NCBI GenBank assembly: GCA_028687715.1
Contig: JAQTZP010000003.1
Span: forward strand, 7,521-71,520
Direction of reading: 5' to 3'
Source: Minisyncoccota bacterium
Lineage (GTDB): Bacteria; Patescibacteriota; Minisyncoccia; Minisyncoccales; GWA2-38-27
DNA length: 64,000 nucleotides
The notes beneath the pieces were generated by a model. That model ran no database searches. It had not been told where the DNA came from and worked only from the letters and a program-made list of their open reading frames with translations. The position numbers were made by a program, and so were the translations under genes. Of the stretch, positions 29,475-37,067 are shown piece by piece. Every line of letters starts with the position of its first letter. The stretch's first letter is position 1.

Positions 29475-30389
29475 TTATTTAAGCATAAACAAAGCCTTAA
29501 AACCGGCGGTATTTACCCAAAAATTCTGCGGATTGTGAATTAGATATTTCTTAATCTCTTTTCTTTGCGTTGTTATTTTATCACCACCATTTTCATCGCT
29601 TAGAAGAATATTTGAGTAACTGCCGTCCAAAAAAGCGAGATAAGAGATATTTTTATTCTGTTCTCTTAGGCTAATAATTTCAATCAATTCGGCAATTTGC
29701 TTATCTTGTCCCCCGCCCGAAGTATTTAGATGTTTAGCTTCGCATAAAAATATTCTTCCATTCATTTTAATAATCAAGTCTAACTTTTTATTCTGTTTCT
29801 TGGCGGCCAATCTAATACCTAAATTTTTTCGGACATTTTTTACGCTGAAAATCTTTGAAAATTTAGCTGTGCATTTTCGTTTATCAGAAAAATCTTTCCA
29901 AGTCCTTACTTCTTGAAAACCATATTTGGCTAAAATATACAGAAGTTTTTTCTCGCCGCATTTTCCTTTTTTGCGACCAGAATTTGAATCTAAAATAGCT
30001 TGTATCCATTCTTCGGGAACGGATTCATTCAAAATTCTTTTCTCAAAATATTTTTGGGCGATTTTCTCTAGTAAAATAATGTCCTGCTTGGCTAAATCTA
30101 AAAAGCTATCGCAGGCGTTTATAAAACAAGCAAATTCCGAACAATTTGAGAATTTCCCCAGCGCCTTTGAAAGCTCCAAGAGATATTTTCTTATAACTTT
30201 TTTGTCCTCGTTTTTCTTTTGTAATGTCCTAATGGTAATCAGGATATTTTTAATTTCTTTTGTATTGGTAATATACTTCTGAAGTTGCGGGTGTTTTCCA
30301 TCAAAAATATAAAAACTATCCAAAATTTTCTCTGGATTTTGCTGTGATATTTTAAAATAATGCAGGTTGTTTTGAATTTTTTTCATCAT
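29475..30389 (-). CDS. putative type II restriction endonuclease (PD-(D/E)xK-like)
   Basis: 304 aa. KKLDLIIKMNGRIFLCEAKH fits D...ExK. It overlaps the upstream methyltransferase gene by 38 nt. Confidence 0.5.
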   Translation of the reverse strand: MMKKIQNNLHYFKISQQNPEKILDSFYIFDGKHPQLQKYITNTKEIKNILITIRTLQKKNEDKKVIRKYLLELSKALGKFSNCSEFACFINACDSFLDLAKQDIILLEKIAQKYFEKRILNESVPEEWIQAILDSNSGRKKGKCGEKKLLYILAKYGFQEVRTWKDFSDKRKCTAKFSKIFSVKNVRKNLGIRLAAKKQNKKLDLIIKMNGRIFLCEAKHLNTSGGGQDKQIAELIEIISLREQNKNISYLAFLDGSYSNILLSDENGGDKITTQRKEIKKYLIHNPQNFWVNTAGFKALFMLK

Positions 30390-31488
30390 AAATATAGTTC
30401 AAAAACTTATAAGTAAGCTCAAAAGAAATTCTTTTCCTGTTGTTGTCTCTAAAATTAGTCAGAAAAAATGAAAGATATTTACTCCTCCCGCGATTCAACT
30501 CTTTGTTAAACCGCTTCATCAGTTCTATTTGGTCGTTTATCGGTATTTCCTCCTTGAAAATCAAATGGGCCATATTACGGGAAGTGTTTTTGCCCACAAG
30601 CCCGACAACGCCATACTTTCTTATATCTTCAAGTTGAATTTTCTTTCCGTTTTTGCTGTCTATGGCCCTTAAAAAGAGGATGTTTTTTTCTATTAACTTT
30701 TTAATGTCTTTGCTGATACGAAGCGGTTTTTTATCTTTAATATTCTGAAACGCCAACTCAACTTCGTATTCACCGGATTTCAAATAATCTTCAGTTAAGC
30801 GAAAAATTCCTAAATGATTTTGGGTATTTTTAATTCTGTTGATAAAATCACCGCCAAATTGCCAGTTGTATTTTCTTTCAATCGTAAAATCAATCTGTTT
30901 CTTTTCGGGGAAAATAACGGCGGGAATTCTGATCTTTTCTAAATTATCTTTTTTTCTTCTGAAATAAAAAGATATTACGTTATAAGTTGTGTCTTCAAAA
31001 ACTTGTTCGGAAAAGATGTTTAACTTTACAATTTCAAATTTATCAAAGAATAGATTTCTGATTTTTCTGGAATTTTCAGCGCAAAGAAAATTCAATGGAA
31101 CAATTAAAATTCCTTCTTCGCAATTCAAAATTGAGAATACAGAAACTTGATATAAATCCTCAAAACCTGAATGCGTTCCGGAAAAAAACCTTTCTTTAGT
31201 TTTTTGGTCCGTCTTGTTTTTGTGTAAATAGGGCGGATTAGTACAAACGAACTTATATATCTGCGGAGAATTTATTGAATCATTATAGAGGGTATTTTTG
31301 CCGTCAACATAGTTTTTATCACAATCAAAACCAACGACTTTTTTGCAGCCATTTTTGCGAGCCCACCCTATTAAATCCTGATTGCCGGCAAAAGGATCGG
31401 TAATTTCTTTATTTTTTACAAATCCCTCAAGTCCCTGCAGAATATAATCAGAATTTGTAGTGAAAAATTGTCCAAATTGCTTTTTCAT
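30352..31488 (-). CDS. N6-adenine DNA methyltransferase (type II, gamma-like motif order)
   Basis: 378 aa. FGQFFTT, a SAM-binding-like DPFAGNQD and the catalytic TNPPY are present. Confidence 0.8.
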   Translation of the reverse strand: MKKQFGQFFTTNSDYILQGLEGFVKNKEITDPFAGNQDLIGWARKNGCKKVVGFDCDKNYVDGKNTLYNDSINSPQIYKFVCTNPPYLHKNKTDQKTKERFFSGTHSGFEDLYQVSVFSILNCEEGILIVPLNFLCAENSRKIRNLFFDKFEIVKLNIFSEQVFEDTTYNVISFYFRRKKDNLEKIRIPAVIFPEKKQIDFTIERKYNWQFGGDFINRIKNTQNHLGIFRLTEDYLKSGEYEVELAFQNIKDKKPLRISKDIKKLIEKNILFLRAIDSKNGKKIQLEDIRKYGVVGLVGKNTSRNMAHLIFKEEIPINDQIELMKRFNKELNRGRSKYLSFFLTNFRDNNRKRISFELTYKFLNYIYDEKNSKQPALF

Positions 31489-31600
31489 ATAAAGAATTCT
31501 GCTTTATTATTATTTTACTTGATTTTTAATAATAGTCCAATTTTCACTGGTGCGCTTGGATACGATAGAATTTCAGGGAAATGGTTGCATAATTAAAAAA

Positions 31601-31615
31601 AGCAGATTGTCTGCT
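31601..31615. terminator. bidirectional hairpin terminator
   Basis: AGCAG/CTGCT stem flanked by an A-run on one side and a T-run on the other. Confidence 0.45.
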
Positions 31616-31648
31616 TTTTTTATATATCTATGTCTTCTTCTAATTTTA

Positions 31649-32191
31649 TTAGAAACTCTTAAACAGGGATGTCAATTTCTTCCTTTTAGATATCATATAC
31701 CCTCCCCACCCTATAATTATTCCAATTACTGCTCCGTAAAAAACATCAGAGGGCCAATGAATGCCTATAAAGATTCTGGATGTGGTTATTAAAAAAGCAG
31801 AGATATAGAATAAAAGGCCGAGTTTTTTGTTATACAGATAGACAGCTGTTGATAAAGCGAAATAAAAAGAGGCATGGCCTGAAGGAAAAGAAGCCTCATT
31901 AGAATTATAATTTACAAGCAGATTAACATTGTTAGTTATAAAAGGCCTGGGTCTGAACCAAATAAAACGAATAAAGTCAGTTACGATAAATCTTGATATC
32001 AAAGCAGACAAAAACCCAGAAGCAGCCATTCTGCAATATTCTTTAAACTTTAAAGCCAATAGCCCAAATAAAACCAAGATTAAAACATACTCAAAATATT
32101 GAGCTAAAAATACGGCAAAAGCATCTAAACAGGCCCATTTCCCCGCATAACCATTTATTAAATTAAATAGATATAGATCCATATTCTTCAA
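31649..32191 (-). CDS. PAP2 family phosphatase (undecaprenyl-diphosphatase-like)
   Basis: 180-aa polytopic protein with PSGHAS and SRIFIGIHWPSDV motifs. Its start overlaps the RT stop. Confidence 0.85.
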   Translation of the reverse strand: MKNMDLYLFNLINGYAGKWACLDAFAVFLAQYFEYVLILVLFGLLALKFKEYCRMAASGFLSALISRFIVTDFIRFIWFRPRPFITNNVNLLVNYNSNEASFPSGHASFYFALSTAVYLYNKKLGLLFYISAFLITTSRIFIGIHWPSDVFYGAVIGIIIGWGGYMISKRKKLTSLFKSF

Positions 32192-33218
32192 TTATTTCCT
32201 TTTTTAATTTATAACTCTTGCAATGTTTTAAAATGCCGAAATAAGATTGAATAGTTTGACCAAAAGATTGTTTTGAGATTTTATTGTTTTTTAGGTCTTT
32301 AATTCTCTTTTCTATTCTTTTTAACATTCTTTTTTTAGTCTTAGTCCTTAAGATAATATGATGAGGGAAACTGACATATCCCAAGAAATCAACTCCCTGG
32401 TGATATCTCTTTATTACTATCTTACCTGGATGAAGAGATAATTTCAAATTACCTTTTAGAAAAGTTTTAATCTTTGGAATAATCCCTGTCAGATATCTGA
32501 AATTATTAGACACTATCAAGAAATCATCGCAATAACGAACATAATATCTTATTCTTAGATTATCTTTGATAAATCTATCTAACTCATTCAGATAAATATT
32601 AGCAAATAATTGGCTTGTAATATTTCCCAAAGGAATACCTTTTAAAAGCGAGGTTGAATAGCTTTTAATTATTCCTTCTATCAACCAAACAGCATCTTTA
32701 TCTTTTATCTTTTTTTTAATTAAACTAATTAGTATTTTATGGTCTATTGAATCAAAGAACTTTAAAATATCGCATTTTAGAAAATAGCAATTTCTAGCAT
32801 TATTCTTACTTGCCTTTTTAGCGAACCTATTAAGACGCACTACTGCCCTATGAGTACCTTTGTTTATCCTTGAAGAATAGGAATCAAAGATAAAAGAATT
32901 ATCAAAAATAGGGTATAATATTTTAAAAACAGCATGATGTAAGACCCTGTCTTTTACGCAAGCTTTATGAATATGCCTGAGTTTCGGGTCTTTTATATAG
33001 AAAGAGGTATAATCAGAATGTCTGTAGGTTTTTAATTTTAATTCTTTATGAAGACAAAATATATTATTTTCTAAAAAGAGGTTAAAATCTAAAACATCTA
33101 TTTTTTTAATTTTCCCCCTTTTAAATTCATCCCAAGCGCAAAATAGATTTTCAAGAGAAATAATCTCATCAAAAGTATGGCATTTAATACCCCCGACTTC
33201 GATTTGCCGATTATCCAT
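32163..33218 (-). CDS. DGR-type reverse transcriptase
   Basis: 351 aa. The N-terminal ...LENLFCAWDEFKRGK... matches DGR/group-II-like RTs. The DGR signature LGNITSQ and the catalytic YCDD (RYCDDFLIV) are present. Confidence 0.9.
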   Translation of the reverse strand: MDNRQIEVGGIKCHTFDEIISLENLFCAWDEFKRGKIKKIDVLDFNLFLENNIFCLHKELKLKTYRHSDYTSFYIKDPKLRHIHKACVKDRVLHHAVFKILYPIFDNSFIFDSYSSRINKGTHRAVVRLNRFAKKASKNNARNCYFLKCDILKFFDSIDHKILISLIKKKIKDKDAVWLIEGIIKSYSTSLLKGIPLGNITSQLFANIYLNELDRFIKDNLRIRYYVRYCDDFLIVSNNFRYLTGIIPKIKTFLKGNLKLSLHPGKIVIKRYHQGVDFLGYVSFPHHIILRTKTKKRMLKRIEKRIKDLKNNKISKQSFGQTIQSYFGILKHCKSYKLKKEIIEEYGSISI

Positions 33219-33539
33219 AAAGTTTATGATTTTTACAACCTATTTTATCGGTATTTAGAAACTTTTCCCAAAAAAGATAAATATATCTTAGGACAAAAAT
33301 GCGAGAATATAATTTTAGATATCTTAGAACTGATTTTTACAGCAGCTCAAACCAAGCAAGAAAATAAATTAGATTTATTAGAAAAAGCAAGCGTTAAGTT
33401 AAATATCTTAAGAATAATAGTGAGATTAGCAAAAGATATAAAGGTTTTAGACTTTAAGAAGTATCTAACAATCCAAAAGAATATAGATGAAATTGGGAGA
33501 ATGCTTGGCGGCTGGATTAAATTAACCAAAGACCGCTGA
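33177..33539 (+). CDS. avd: Avd-like four-helix-bundle accessory protein (opposite strand to RT/TR/target)
   Basis: 120-aa basic helical protein. ...KDKYILGQKCENIILDILELI... and the C-terminal IGRMLGGWIKLTK resemble bAvd/four-helix-bundle proteins. Confidence 0.7.
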   Translation: MAFNTPDFDLPIIHKVYDFYNLFYRYLETFPKKDKYILGQKCENIILDILELIFTAAQTKQENKLDLLEKASVKLNILRIIVRLAKDIKVLDFKKYLTIQKNIDEIGRMLGGWIKLTKDR

Positions 33540-33587
33540 ACTAAAGGTTCTCCAAAAAAGAGGGTGTTTTTATTTTAGATGAGAGAT

Positions 33588-33709
33588 AGAATTTCCGAGC
33601 AGAGGAAACACCCAAGTTAGCGTTGCGGTTGTCATCCCAGTTGTTGTTGACGTTGAGGCCCCTCAAATCGAAGTTGCCGACGTAGATACGGTTGCCGTCC
33701 GAATCCACA
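33588..33709 (-). repeat. DGR template repeat (TR)
   Basis: The 122 nt are identical to VR except at 17 of its 29 adenines on the minus strand. It encodes GNRIYVGNFDLRGLNVNNNWDDNRNANLGVSSARK with nine AAC codons. Confidence 0.9.
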
Positions 33710-33995
33710 TTATTTGCTTATCCTCGTCCATGTCACTGGAAATTGGGGTTTACTACTCATAAGAGTTTATATCCTCTCTTTCCTGTATTTTATTCGGGAG
33801 CAGACAAATTTCGTTGCCATCTCCTCTAAAGACAAGCAAGAAGTTCTATCTCTATCTTTTATCACACGCTATCGTTATCCGTAAACAACGATATTCTGGT
33901 GATGTCTCAAAGATGAGACGCCTGCGAGGTGAAGCCTTGACCGCACCTGCATTAGCAGACATTTATATTTTATAAGATATTTGAAGAAAAGAAAA

Positions 33996-34026
33996 GAGCC
34001 TCCTGCGAAAATATCGCCGAAGGCTC
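33996..34026 (-). terminator. terminator-like hairpin after the DGR target gene
   Basis: GAGCCT...AGGCTC stem followed by TTTTCTTTTCTTC on the minus strand. Confidence 0.45.
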
Positions 34027-34029
34027 AAG

Positions 34030-34056
34030 GACTCAAGAGATTCAAACTCTCGAGTC
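34030..34056 (-). promoter_or_regulatory. inverted repeat/hairpin immediately 3' of VR
   Basis: 10-bp stem (GACTCGAGAG / TCTCTTGAGTC, one G-U pair on the minus-strand RNA) with a 7-nt loop, starting 8 nt after the target stop codon. Confidence 0.45.
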
Positions 34057-34063
34057 TCAAAGT

Positions 34064-34837
34064 TCAGAACTTCCGAGCAGAGGAAACACCCAAGTCAGCG
34101 CTGCGGTAGTCATCCCAGTCGTAGCAGACGTAGAGGCCCCTCAAATCGAAGGCGCCGACGAAGAGACGGCGGCCGACCGAAGCCACAGATGAGGTTCGAA
34201 CATAGATGTGTTCAAACAAGCGTTCATCAGTAGCAAGATAGTGTCCAATGATGGTGTAGACCATCACTTGGGCAGTGGGGACTTCATCCTCTTCGCCGAT
34301 AAGAGCCAATTGCTCTTCCCAGTTCTTCGAGGTTGAATTGTTCACTGGGGTCTTGGAAACCAAGTGCCAGCTTGTCTTGCCACGGTCACGAGCGACTGAC
34401 TCCTCGTTGTACCACGACTGGTCGCAGAACAACCTGGAATCCACCTTGCCCCGAATCTCAAGGATTGAGAGCGGGAAGACTGCCACCAGAACGTGCGTGT
34501 CCTTTGCCTTTTGGAGCACCTCTTCAGAGAAAGGAATCTCCGACAAAGCAAGCGTTTGCTGGCGGGTCGGGTTAACCCCGAAATGCTTGATGGCTTCTTC
34601 AATGCCGAAGAAGTTCCTGCCCATGATTTCACGGGCACGCTTCTGGCTGGTTGTGGGTTCGAACCCGCCTTTCTGAATCAACCTGACCACTTTCGTAGCA
34701 AGGTCGTTGCCCTTCGAGTCGATGACTTTCTGGGCGAACTCTCCTGTGAGACCAGCGACTTCCAACTTCTTCAGGAATTCGTGTTCCTGATGCACCGAAA
34801 TGGTACGTTCGTCTGTAGAGCTTACCATGGCTTTCAT
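34064..34837 (-). CDS. DGR target protein (variable C-terminus), no signal peptide, unknown N-terminal domain
   Basis: 257-aa ORF, G+C-rich, with SD AGGAGGG upstream. The last 40 codons are the VR. Confidence 0.85.
   Translation of the reverse strand: MKAMVSSTDERTISVHQEHEFLKKLEVAGLTGEFAQKVIDSKGNDLATKVVRLIQKGGFEPTTSQKRAREIMGRNFFGIEEAIKHFGVNPTRQQTLALSEIPFSEEVLQKAKDTHVLVAVFPLSILEIRGKVDSRLFCDQSWYNEESVARDRGKTSWHLVSKTPVNNSTSKNWEEQLALIGEEDEVPTAQVMVYTIIGHYLATDERLFEHIYVRTSSVASVGRRLFVGAFDLRGLYVCYDWDDYRSADLGVSSARKF
34066..34187 (-). repeat. DGR variable repeat (VR)
   Basis: 3' end of the target ORF, offset exactly 478 nt from TR. All 17 mismatches to TR are at TR adenines. Confidence 0.9.
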
Positions 34838-34978
34838 GGCACACCCTCCTGTCTGTGAAGTTATCCGATTCGTCGGATATGCGACTGCCTCGGAATGAGA
34901 CTAGCGCTTTACACCCTTTTTAAAGTTAAAGGAGGTAAAACGCTAGCCTCATATTTCTGAAACATTTGATATAAAGAA

Positions 34979-35809
34979 CTATTCTGCCTTAATTATAGCA
35001 AATTTAAATAAATTGTCAAGTAGGCAAGCTACAGCCACAGGCCCAATTCCATTTGGCACCGGAGCTATAAAACTTGCCTTATGGTAGGCATTTTTATCAA
35101 TATCCCCTTTTACCCTTCCTTCTTCAGAAGATGTTCCTGCGTCAATTAAAACAACGCCTTCTTTTACCATCTTATCAGTTATAATCCCGGGCGAACCGGC
35201 CCCTGATATTATAATGTCAGCTTCTTTTGTAATCTCTGATATATTTTTTGTGCTTCTATCAATTACAGAATAATTAATATTTCTGTTTTTAAACCATACG
35301 GCCAGGGGTTTTCCAACCAGCCTCCCTTTCCCGACTATCACCACTTTTTTATTATTAATATCAATGTTAAATTCTTCTAAAAAGCATTTCACTGCGCCGA
35401 CAACAGGAGGAAGAATCATCAGCTTGTTCCTTTCAAACTTATCAAAATTAATGTCTGTTAAAACATCAATATCTTTTTCAGGCGGTATCATATTTAAAAT
35501 ATCAGGCGCATTGAAGCCTTTAGGCAGAGGAAGCTGAATAACAATTGATGAAACGCTTGCGTCTTCGGCTAATCTCTTTACTTCTTTCTTTAAATCGTCT
35601 TCAGAAACATCTAAAGGGAAAAAAGAGAGATTAAACTCAATTCCTATTTTCCTAGAAGCCTCCTCTTTCTTCCTTATAAACGACTTAGAAGCCAAGCTTT
35701 CTCCAGCCAAAACAACAGCTAACTTCAAATTAAGCTTTTTTTCAATAATCTTTTTCTTAAGATTATCTAAAATCCTATCAGCTAGTTTATTGCCGTCTAA
35801 AATAGTCAT
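34979..35809 (-). CDS. folD: bifunctional methylenetetrahydrofolate dehydrogenase/cyclohydrolase
   Basis: 276 aa. Rossmann site VVIVGKGRLVGKPLA and a FolD-like C-terminus PNGIGPVAVACLL. Confidence 0.9.
   Translation of the reverse strand: MTILDGNKLADRILDNLKKKIIEKKLNLKLAVVLAGESLASKSFIRKKEEASRKIGIEFNLSFFPLDVSEDDLKKEVKRLAEDASVSSIVIQLPLPKGFNAPDILNMIPPEKDIDVLTDINFDKFERNKLMILPPVVGAVKCFLEEFNIDINNKKVVIVGKGRLVGKPLAVWFKNRNINYSVIDRSTKNISEITKEADIIISGAGSPGIITDKMVKEGVVLIDAGTSSEEGRVKGDIDKNAYHKASFIAPVPNGIGPVAVACLLDNLFKFAIIKAE
34992..35019 (-). promoter_or_regulatory. consensus sigma70 promoter TTGACA-N16-TATAAT inside the 3' end of folD, facing the DGR target
   Basis: The minus strand reads TTGACAatttatttaaatttgcTATAAT. 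The predicted 5' UTR is about 150 nt and contains hairpins at 34901-34946 and 34863-34878. Confidence 0.5.
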
Positions 35810-35810
35810 T

Positions 35811-37055
35811 TTAATGAGGCAAAGGGAACTTCTTGGTTAATTTCCTTACTTGTTCCCTTATTCTTTTAACTGACTTAGGGTTTGAGATAACTTCATTTAT
35901 CCATAGGGCGATAAGTTTCATCTCTTTTTCTTTCATCCCCCTTGTAGTTAGAGCCGGAGTCCCAAGCCTTATGCCTGAAGGATTAAAAGGAGAAGCAGTG
36001 TCATAAGGAATAGTATTTTTATTTACCGTTATGCCTGCTTCTTCTAATAATTCTTGGGCATCTTTGCCTGATATGTTTTTATTCCTTAAATCAATTAAAA
36101 TCAAATGATTGTCTGTTCCGCCAGTAATTAAATTAAAGCCGTATTTCTTTAATTCCGCAGCTAAAGCTTTTGCATTCTTTACGATTAAAGCAGCATATCT
36201 TTTAAAAGAGGGCGTTGAGGCTTCTTTCAAACAAACTGCTATTGCGGCAATCTGATTCATATGAGGCCCCCCTTGAAGGCCTGGAAAGACGCTTCTATCA
36301 ATCTTAATCGGCAGTTCCGGGTCCTTTTTTAGTCCCTTTTCTGTAACCATTATCATGCCTCCTCTGGGACCCCTTAAAGTCTTATGGGTTGTAGTAGTAA
36401 TAATATGAACATAATCAACAGGGCTTGGATGAACTCCTCCGGCTATTAAACCAGCGATATGAGCTATATCGGCTGCGAGATAAGCGCCTATTGAATCAGC
36501 TATTTGACCGAATCTCTTAAAATCAAAGACGCGGGGATAAGCTGTTGCTCCAACCCAGATTAATTTGGGCTTGTTTTCTTTTGCCAGTTTCTCTACAGCC
36601 TCATAATCTAAAAGATGGGTTTTCTCATCTACGGGGTATAAAACAGGGTTGAATAATCTGCCTGAGAAGTTTACCTTCCAGCCGTGAGTCAGATGACCTC
36701 CGTGAGGCAGAGACATCCCCATTGTTGTATCAGAAGCATTTAAAACAGCGAGATAAACTGCTTGATTTGCCGGAGAACCAGAATAAGGCTGAACATTAAC
36801 ATAAGGGACCTTAAAAAGCTTCTTTGCCCTTTTTTGGCATAATGTTTCAATCTCATCATAGAATTTTAATCCTGCATAGTATCTTTTTTTAGGATAGCCT
36901 TCTGCGTATTTATCAGTTAAAACAGAGCCTAAAACTTCTCTGACCGAAGAAGAAGAATGATTCTCTGAAGGAATCATCTCAAGCGCTGTTCTTTGCCTTT
37001 CTTCCTCCAACTCCATCAGCTTTGCTAACTGAGGGTCTTGTTTTTCAAGTTTCAT
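35811..37055 (-). CDS. glyA: serine hydroxymethyltransferase
   Basis: 414 aa with the PLP-lysine region TTTTHKTLRGPRGG. Confidence 0.95.
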   Translation of the reverse strand: MKLEKQDPQLAKLMELEEERQRTALEMIPSENHSSSSVREVLGSVLTDKYAEGYPKKRYYAGLKFYDEIETLCQKRAKKLFKVPYVNVQPYSGSPANQAVYLAVLNASDTTMGMSLPHGGHLTHGWKVNFSGRLFNPVLYPVDEKTHLLDYEAVEKLAKENKPKLIWVGATAYPRVFDFKRFGQIADSIGAYLAADIAHIAGLIAGGVHPSPVDYVHIITTTTHKTLRGPRGGMIMVTEKGLKKDPELPIKIDRSVFPGLQGGPHMNQIAAIAVCLKEASTPSFKRYAALIVKNAKALAAELKKYGFNLITGGTDNHLILIDLRNKNISGKDAQELLEEAGITVNKNTIPYDTASPFNPSGIRLGTPALTTRGMKEKEMKLIALWINEVISNPKSVKRIREQVRKLTKKFPLPH

Positions 37056-37067
37056 AATATTATTCTT

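Larger units (their letters stand above)
32163..35019 (-). mobile_element. diversity-generating retroelement (RT, Avd, TR, target gene with VR, promoter)
   Basis: See the component features. The TR/VR pair shows adenine-only substitutions, and a DGR-type RT and an Avd-like gene are adjacent. Confidence 0.9.

Noticed and set aside
34275-34858. Five overlapping ORFs on both strands inside the DGR target gene (34275-34676+, 34333-34575+, 34342-34638-, 34493-34858+, 34629-34844-).
   Set aside because: These are stop-codon-poor shadows of a G+C-rich gene. Only the 257-aa frame has an SD, ends in the VR and matches TR in frame.
28717-34960. The whole tRNA-Leu to DGR stretch as an integrated mobile island.
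   Set aside because: No integrase or recombinase is present, and I saw no direct repeat of the tRNA-Leu 3' end by eye. A PAP2 gene with host-like composition interrupts the stretch. I therefore treat the elements as adjacent accessory modules, not one mobile element.
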